Assembly (NCBI GenBank): GCA_965277285.1 | Contig: OZ255721.1 | Span: 2,752,001 to 2,816,000, forward strand | Source of the DNA: Abditibacteriaceae bacterium | GTDB lineage: Bacteria; Armatimonadota; Abditibacteriia; Abditibacteriales; Abditibacteriaceae | Direction: 5' to 3' | Length of the DNA: 64,000 bases | In this document: piece after piece, positions 59,081 through 64,000 of the stretch | Position numbering within the stretch: the first letter of the stretch is position 1 | How the letters are laid out: each line of letters opens with the position of its first letter | Notes under the pieces: generated by a model | Database searches by the model: none | Told to the model about the DNA's origin: nothing | Seen by the model: only the letters and a program-made list of their open reading frames with translations | Made by a program: the position numbers and the translations under genes

Positions 59081-59554
59081 TCACGAACTAACCTTCAGAA
59101 GATGCGCCCAAATGCGAATGATGTGCGCGTCTTTAGAAAACGGCACTTTGTGTAATTTCAAGATCGCCTCGACAGCGCTTGTGTAATCGTTATCTGTGTA
59201 CTCAATGTTTTTGCTTGAATCATAAATCCAATGCGGATTCTTCTTCCTTTCGTACGGATCAATGTCCAGCCATTCGATTTCCAAGAATATGATCGGCCCG
59301 AGAGTACCAAATTCGACATAAGCCTCATGCCTTGCGCTTCGTGACATCCATGTCCACTCGTAAGAGTCAGGATCAGCAAGCGGTTGTAATGTTTTGATGC
59401 GATAGTTCAGATGAAGAGGACAAAGCGCATCCAGCACATTGCGCCACTTTGTATTGTTCATCAAACTTGTCGCGCCTTCGCGCTCAAGAAAAGCGTGCAA
59501 TTTTTCACGTCGCGTTACCATAGATTGAATCTTTGACCTGGCATTATCAAACAC
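59081..59554 (-). CDS. hypothetical protein (DUF6678-like)
   Basis: LMNNTKWR and EIEWLDI pattern; AT-richer than its neighbours. Confidence 0.6.
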   Translation of the reverse strand: MFDNARSKIQSMVTRREKLHAFLEREGATSLMNNTKWRNVLDALCPLHLNYRIKTLQPLADPDSYEWTWMSRSARHEAYVEFGTLGPIIFLEIEWLDIDPYERKKNPHWIYDSSKNIEYTDNDYTSAVEAILKLHKVPFSKDAHIIRIWAHLLKVSS

Positions 59555-59569
59555 CGAGGCATCGTAGTC

Positions 59570-60544
59570 TTACAACTTCCCCAATGTCTCGAAAAAACTT
59601 TCGCTTTGCAGTTCATTCCAACGGGTGCGGGCGCGACCTAATAAGTAACGCTTGCGCGATTCGCCGTGCTTGAGAAATTGCAGCAAATCTTCGGGCGCCG
59701 CTGACAATCGAGTACTCGATGGTGCTTCATCGGGCGCGGGAACGTGCAAATCGAAGGCTTCGCCCGCGACTTCGCGCAAGACGGCGCGGTCGTTCATTTC
59801 GCCCAGCAAATCCTGCAAGCCGGTGATTGTTTTGATGGAAGTTTTGACTTCGCTCGCCCAGCACGGCGCGAAAAATTCCAGCGTGTAACGAAGTCTCTTC
59901 AATGATTTGCGCAGTTCGTGGTGGCCTTCGATGTTGAGCGAATCGTTCAACACTTCAGCATAGAACGCGACTTCTGCCAGGCGATGCGGCAAGACTTTGT
60001 GCGCGGCTTCACTCAGCGTCATTGGCGGCGCGGTCGCGGCGGGGAGTCCCAGCGTCCAGCGCGCCACGCGTTCGCGCAAATGTCCGGCTTCCTGCGCGCG
60101 ATTGACGCGACGCACCATCGGCGCAAACGCATCGGCGCGCTCGTTTTGCAAATGGCGTTCAAACGCCGAAAGTCCGGGCGCTTCGATAATTTTTCTGCTC
60201 AGCTTGGTTTTCGAGTACTCGCGCAGATAATCGTCGAGCACATCAAAGTCGCGGACAGCGCCCAGAGCATCGCCCAGTTTGGCGAAGTCTTTGCGTTCAA
60301 CCGCAAACTCGCGGCGCAAACTTTCATTTAAGAGCGGCTCGGTTTTGGTGCCTTCAAAATTTTGCAGAGCGGAGCGCAAACGCCGAATCGCCACGCGCAT
60401 ATCGTGCAGCGCATCGGCATCGCCCGCCACGACTTTGGGCGCGTATTTCCACGCGGTTTCCCACAGGTAAAAGAAGAGTTTGGAGGCGCCAGAAGTCGCG
60501 CTGTCGTCGGGTTGAAGGTTCGCTTCGGTTGCTAAATCAGCCAT
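59570..60544 (-). CDS. CHAD domain protein
   Basis: LHDMRVAIRRLRS, LGAVRDFDV, HELRKSLKRLRY, LQDLLGEMND. Confidence 0.9.
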   Translation of the reverse strand: MADLATEANLQPDDSATSGASKLFFYLWETAWKYAPKVVAGDADALHDMRVAIRRLRSALQNFEGTKTEPLLNESLRREFAVERKDFAKLGDALGAVRDFDVLDDYLREYSKTKLSRKIIEAPGLSAFERHLQNERADAFAPMVRRVNRAQEAGHLRERVARWTLGLPAATAPPMTLSEAAHKVLPHRLAEVAFYAEVLNDSLNIEGHHELRKSLKRLRYTLEFFAPCWASEVKTSIKTITGLQDLLGEMNDRAVLREVAGEAFDLHVPAPDEAPSSTRLSAAPEDLLQFLKHGESRKRYLLGRARTRWNELQSESFFETLGKL

Positions 60545-60673
60545 GCCGCCAAGTTTAACGTTTCGTTAAGAAGGGAATGTTAAATGGCGGTGCAAAGTTC
60601 ATCCGGTCAACCTACGAAATACCAGAAAAACGAAATGCCAGAAAACTTTTGCACAACGACTAAAATGATGCTT

Positions 60674-61231
60674 TCATTCGATAGAGCGCCGAAAAACGTC
60701 CAACACTTTCTGCAGCTTCTCAGAAAACGCTGCATCGCTTAAAAGCGTGTCTGCATCAATGCGATTGGATGGCAAAGCGAGATGAAACGCGTCATTTTCG
60801 ATGACGTTCGCCATCATCACCGACAGCGTTTCGCGCAATGAATTTTGTGCGTGCGTCGATTGCAGCGACAGGTTGAGCAACGCGACCGGCTTGTGCATCA
60901 ATTCGCCGCTCGACACGATCCAGTCGAGCGCGTTTTTCAAGACGCCAGGAACACCGTGAGCATATTCGGGGCTGCAAATAAGAACGGCGTCGGCCTTGTG
61001 CAACGTAGCGCGCCAATCGAGTACTCGATGCGGCGGCGTTTCGGTGTCCAGATCTGGGTTGAAAAACGGCAGTTCGCCGAGCAAAGGACAGAGCGTGATT
61101 TCAAGATGGGGCGGCGCCAACTGCGAAAGCACATTGAGGACGCGCGTGTTGGAAGAAGCGGCGCGCAGACTGCCGGAAATCGCTAAAATAAGGAGCGGTT
61201 TCTCCATTGGCGTCTGGTTGTTCTGGTTCAT
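60674..61231 (-). CDS. NADPH-dependent FMN reductase
   Basis: ISGSLRAASSN, SPEYAHGVPGVLKNALDW. Confidence 0.92.
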   Translation of the reverse strand: MNQNNQTPMEKPLLILAISGSLRAASSNTRVLNVLSQLAPPHLEITLCPLLGELPFFNPDLDTETPPHRVLDWRATLHKADAVLICSPEYAHGVPGVLKNALDWIVSSGELMHKPVALLNLSLQSTHAQNSLRETLSVMMANVIENDAFHLALPSNRIDADTLLSDAAFSEKLQKVLDVFRRSIE

Positions 61232-61350
61232 CGTTGAGGTTCCAGTTTGCACGTTTTTATTTTGCTGAACGCGGTGTCATTCTATTTTTTGCAAGCGCAA
61301 AATCCAGTCGTTTTCCAGTGCATTTATTTAGGATTATCGTCCGAGCTTTT

Positions 61351-64000
61351 ATGAATTCTCCTGTTTTTCTCGATCCCAGCGGCAAGCGCAGCATTTGGGT
61401 CAGTCGTTTGGGAATGGCGCTGACAATTTTGATCGTGGTGTGCGGCGTTTTGTTCGCGCGCACCTTGCTAACTTTGCCTTTTTTGCCGCACCGCGAAGGC
61501 GCTATCGAACATCGTTTTCGCAAGACGGCGTTTCCCTTTTTGCCGTCGCGCCAGGAACAGCTCGAACGCTTTTTGTTGCGTCGCGCGCACCTGGCGCTGT
61601 TTCGTGAAATCGCCGCCGATGATGATACGCCTTCTTCAGTCGAATTATCCAATGGCGTGACATCCAAAAACAATCTTAAACCACGCTTTCTTAAACGCGG
61701 CGGACATCCCGAATCGCGCGTTTCGAGTACTCGAACACCGCGCTCAACGCCAGTTCAAACGCCAGTTGTCGCCACAAATGCGCCGGCCATGAACGCGTCC
61801 GCGCCGCCGATTGTGGCGGCGTTTTATGCGACGTATCAAACGACGGGTTTGAATTCTCTGCGCGCCAACGCCAGTCGTTTAACGCACGTTATGCCGGAAT
61901 GGTTGCACTTGGACGCGACGGGAACCAATCTGGATTTGACGGATTGGAATCCGTCTTTGACGCCGAAAAACCTCGATGTCGTGAAAATCGCGCAAGCCAA
62001 CCATTTGCAAATCCAGCCGATTTTGAACAACGCTCATGGCGGACAGTTCGATGAAGGGCGCCTCGCCCGTTTGTTGCAATCGCCGCAAAACCAGCAAACT
62101 TTGGCGAATGCGACGCGCGATTGGTTGCTATCTCATCATTTCGATGGCTTGAACCTTGACCTGGAAAACATGAACGCGGAGGATTTGGCGCGCTTCCCGC
62201 AATTTGTGGCGCTGATGTCACGCACTTTGAAAGCCGCCAATTTAACGCTCAGCGTCGATGTCGAAGCCGATCATGCGACCGATGCGAGGTGGAAACAGAT
62301 CGCGCAAGATTGCGATTTCCTAATTTTGATGGCGTATAACGAGCACGGCGCCGATTCGACTGATCCGGGCGCCATTGCTTCGGCGAAGTGGAGCTACGAC
62401 CTTTTGCAGCAGTTCAAAGCGAATGTTCCGCTCAACAAAATCGTGTTGGGCGTCAGCAATTATGCTTATGATTGGACGCGCGGCAAGCCTCTGGCGCAGA
62501 CTGTGACCTATCAGGGCGCGATTTCGCTGGCGCGCGATTATCGCAGCGATACGACGCCCGAACAAGCGGTTGACTTCGACGATGACGCGCTGGAAACGAC
62601 TTTCGAGTACTCGGATGACGCGGGTGGCGCGCACGAAGTGTGGATGACGGACGGCGTTTCGGCGTTCAATCAATGGAAACTGGCGCAGCATGACGGCGTG
62701 CGCGGCGCGGCCTTGTGGGTTTTGGGTTCGGAAGACCCGACGATCTGGAGTTTTCTCGACCGCAGCAAGATGAGCAAAGCGCCGTCGCCGGATGGCTTGA
62801 GCACGATTCATTTTCCGACCCAAGTCGGATTTGAAGGCCAGGGAGAAGTGCTGACAGTTCATTCGACGCCGCAAATGGGCGTGCGCAAAATCACAATCGA
62901 CGAAGACAACGGGCTTTGCACCGACATGGAATACCAAAAATATCCATCGCCTTTTGTGCTGCAGCGCAGCGGCTATCAGAAAAACGCCATCGCCCTGACC
63001 TTCGACGACGGGCCGCAAGCCGGTTTCACCGAACCGATTTTGGATATTCTGCGCGAAAATCACGTTCCCGGCACGTTTTTTATGATCGGCGAAAACGCTG
63101 AGCGCAACCCTAAATTGGTGCGCCGCGTGTATGCCGAAGGCAACGAAATCGGCAGCCACACTTTCACGCACCCAAACCTGGGCGAAGTGAGCACGCGACG
63201 CGCGACCCTGGAACTGAACGCGACGCAGCGCGCTCTGGAAAGCATCCTGGGGCATTCGACGATTTTATTTCGCCCACCGTATAACGCCGACGCCGAGCCG
63301 CAAACCGAAGCCGAAGTGCGGCCTGTCGTGCTCGCCTCGCAAATGGGCTATGTGACGATTGGCGAACTGATTGATCCGCAAGATTGGAACTTGTTCAAGA
63401 CCGGCGTGGATGGCGCTCCGGCTCCGCGCAGTGCCGATGAACTGGCGCATTCGATCTTGAGCGAAGTCCACAAAGCGAACCAGCCTAACGGCGACAATGG
63501 CAATATGTTGTTGTTGCACGACGGCGGCGGCGACCGCACCAACACGATTGAAGCGTTGCGTATCGTAATTCCCGAACTGAAAAAAGAAGGCTACCACTTC
63601 GTATCGGTTTCGCAATTGATGGGCGTCAGCCGCGACGCTGTGATGCCGCGCATCAGCGACCGCGACCGTCTTCTGGTCGGCTTCGACCGCGTGATTTTCG
63701 ATGCCGTGTTTTTGTTTGAAAGCGGCCTGCGCATCGCCTTTGTCGCGGCGATTGTGCTGGGTTTGGCGCGCGTGCTGTTTGTGACGCCGCTGGCTTTGAT
63801 CGCTTGGCGCCGCGACAAAAAAACCTCACTGGCATTATCGAGTACTGGAAACCAGAACTGGCCGACGGTCAGCGTTTTGGTGGCGGCTTACAACGAAGAA
63901 AAAGTGATCGTGCGCACGATTCGCAGCATTCTCAGCAGCGAATATCCGCGACCTTTTGAAGTCGTGGTGGTTGACGACGGTTCGCGCGACGGCACAGCCG
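61351..64000 (+). CDS. GH18 / polysaccharide deacetylase / GT2 fusion protein, runs off the window edge
   Basis: Manual translation from ATG 61351: MNSPVFLDPSGKR..., FDGLNLDLE (GH18), LTFDDGP/HTFTH/FRPPY/LLHDGGG (CE4), VSVLVAAYNEEKVI/VVVDDGSRD (GT2). Not in the ORF track because it has no stop in the window. Confidence 0.9.
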   Translation, partial: MNSPVFLDPSGKRSIWVSRLGMALTILIVVCGVLFARTLLTLPFLPHREGAIEHRFRKTAFPFLPSRQEQLERFLLRRAHLALFREIAADDDTPSSVELSNGVTSKNNLKPRFLKRGGHPESRVSSTRTPRSTPVQTPVVATNAPAMNASAPPIVAAFYATYQTTGLNSLRANASRLTHVMPEWLHLDATGTNLDLTDWNPSLTPKNLDVVKIAQANHLQIQPILNNAHGGQFDEGRLARLLQSPQNQQTLANATRDWLLSHHFDGLNLDLENMNAEDLARFPQFVALMSRTLKAANLTLSVDVEADHATDARWKQIAQDCDFLILMAYNEHGADSTDPGAIASAKWSYDLLQQFKANVPLNKIVLGVSNYAYDWTRGKPLAQTVTYQGAISLARDYRSDTTPEQAVDFDDDALETTFEYSDDAGGAHEVWMTDGVSAFNQWKLAQHDGVRGAALWVLGSEDPTIWSFLDRSKMSKAPSPDGLSTIHFPTQVGFEGQGEVLTVHSTPQMGVRKITIDEDNGLCTDMEYQKYPSPFVLQRSGYQKNAIALTFDDGPQAGFTEPILDILRENHVPGTFFMIGENAERNPKLVRRVYAEGNEIGSHTFTHPNLGEVSTRRATLELNATQRALESILGHSTILFRPPYNADAEPQTEAEVRPVVLASQMGYVTIGELIDPQDWNLFKTGVDGAPAPRSADELAHSILSEVHKANQPNGDNGNMLLLHDGGGDRTNTIEALRIVIPELKKEGYHFVSVSQLMGVSRDAVMPRISDRDRLLVGFDRVIFDAVFLFESGLRIAFVAAIVLGLARVLFVTPLALIAWRRDKKTSLALSSTGNQNWPTVSVLVAAYNEEKVIVRTIRSILSSEYPRPFEVVVVDDGSRDGTA

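Larger units (their letters stand above)
992..63849. repeat. highly iterated dispersed palindrome (W)TCGAGTACTCGA(W)
   Basis: Perfect 12-mers read by eye start at 992, 1625, 2017, 4257, 5028, 5540, 6644, 8424, 10784, 11701, 13690, 15476, 16745, 18882, 20228, 23220, 24052, 25918, 27428, 28197, 28471, 30466, 32276, 33730, 35218, 39148, 39468, 40868, 41775, 42130, 44138, 44928, 45708, 46407, 48536, 50029, 50351, 51882, 53092, 56580, 57514, 59049, 59708, 61017 and 61723, plus about 25-30 variants. Confidence 0.97.

Noticed and set aside
992..63849. Palindrome interpreted as CRISPR repeats, integron attC sites or an adapter artefact
   Set aside because: It is only 12-14 bp, about 1 kb apart, lies in frame inside intact conserved genes and has natural-looking variants. 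No cas or integrase gene is present.
61351..64000. GH18-CE4-GT2 triple fusion as a novelty
   Set aside because: This domain architecture is already known in many bacteria.

Overview
A 64-kb, gene-dense bacterial chromosome segment of moderately high GC. The Arc-type ATPase, DUF1559-like prepilins and mqnD suggest Armatimonadota/Abditibacteriota, but that is inference only. It encodes partial mqnD, a type IV pilus cluster (pilB-pilT-pilC-pilD, four prepilin-type proteins and a 1278-aa PilX-like protein), ftsK, a PAS histidine kinase, a plant-type glucuronokinase next to ugd, a FabF-like/methyltransferase/FAD-oxidoreductase group, an Fe(III)-type ABC transporter, valS, a sigma-70 factor, a small Flp pilin missed by the ORF track, an Arc/Mpa ATPase and a partial GH18-deacetylase-GT2 fusion. 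There is one IS5-family element and several REP-like palindrome families. The dominant unexplained signal is a highly iterated 12-14-bp palindrome, (W)TCGAGTACTCGA(W). By manual count there are about 45 perfect copies and about 25-30 near-copies, roughly one per 0.9 kb. They are unusually evenly spaced, occur inside genes in all frames (IEYS/SSTR/RVL[DE] peptides), in terminators and in REP centres, and are absent from the IS. This looks like a HIP1-like or DNA-uptake-sequence-like system with a motif I do not recognise as described.
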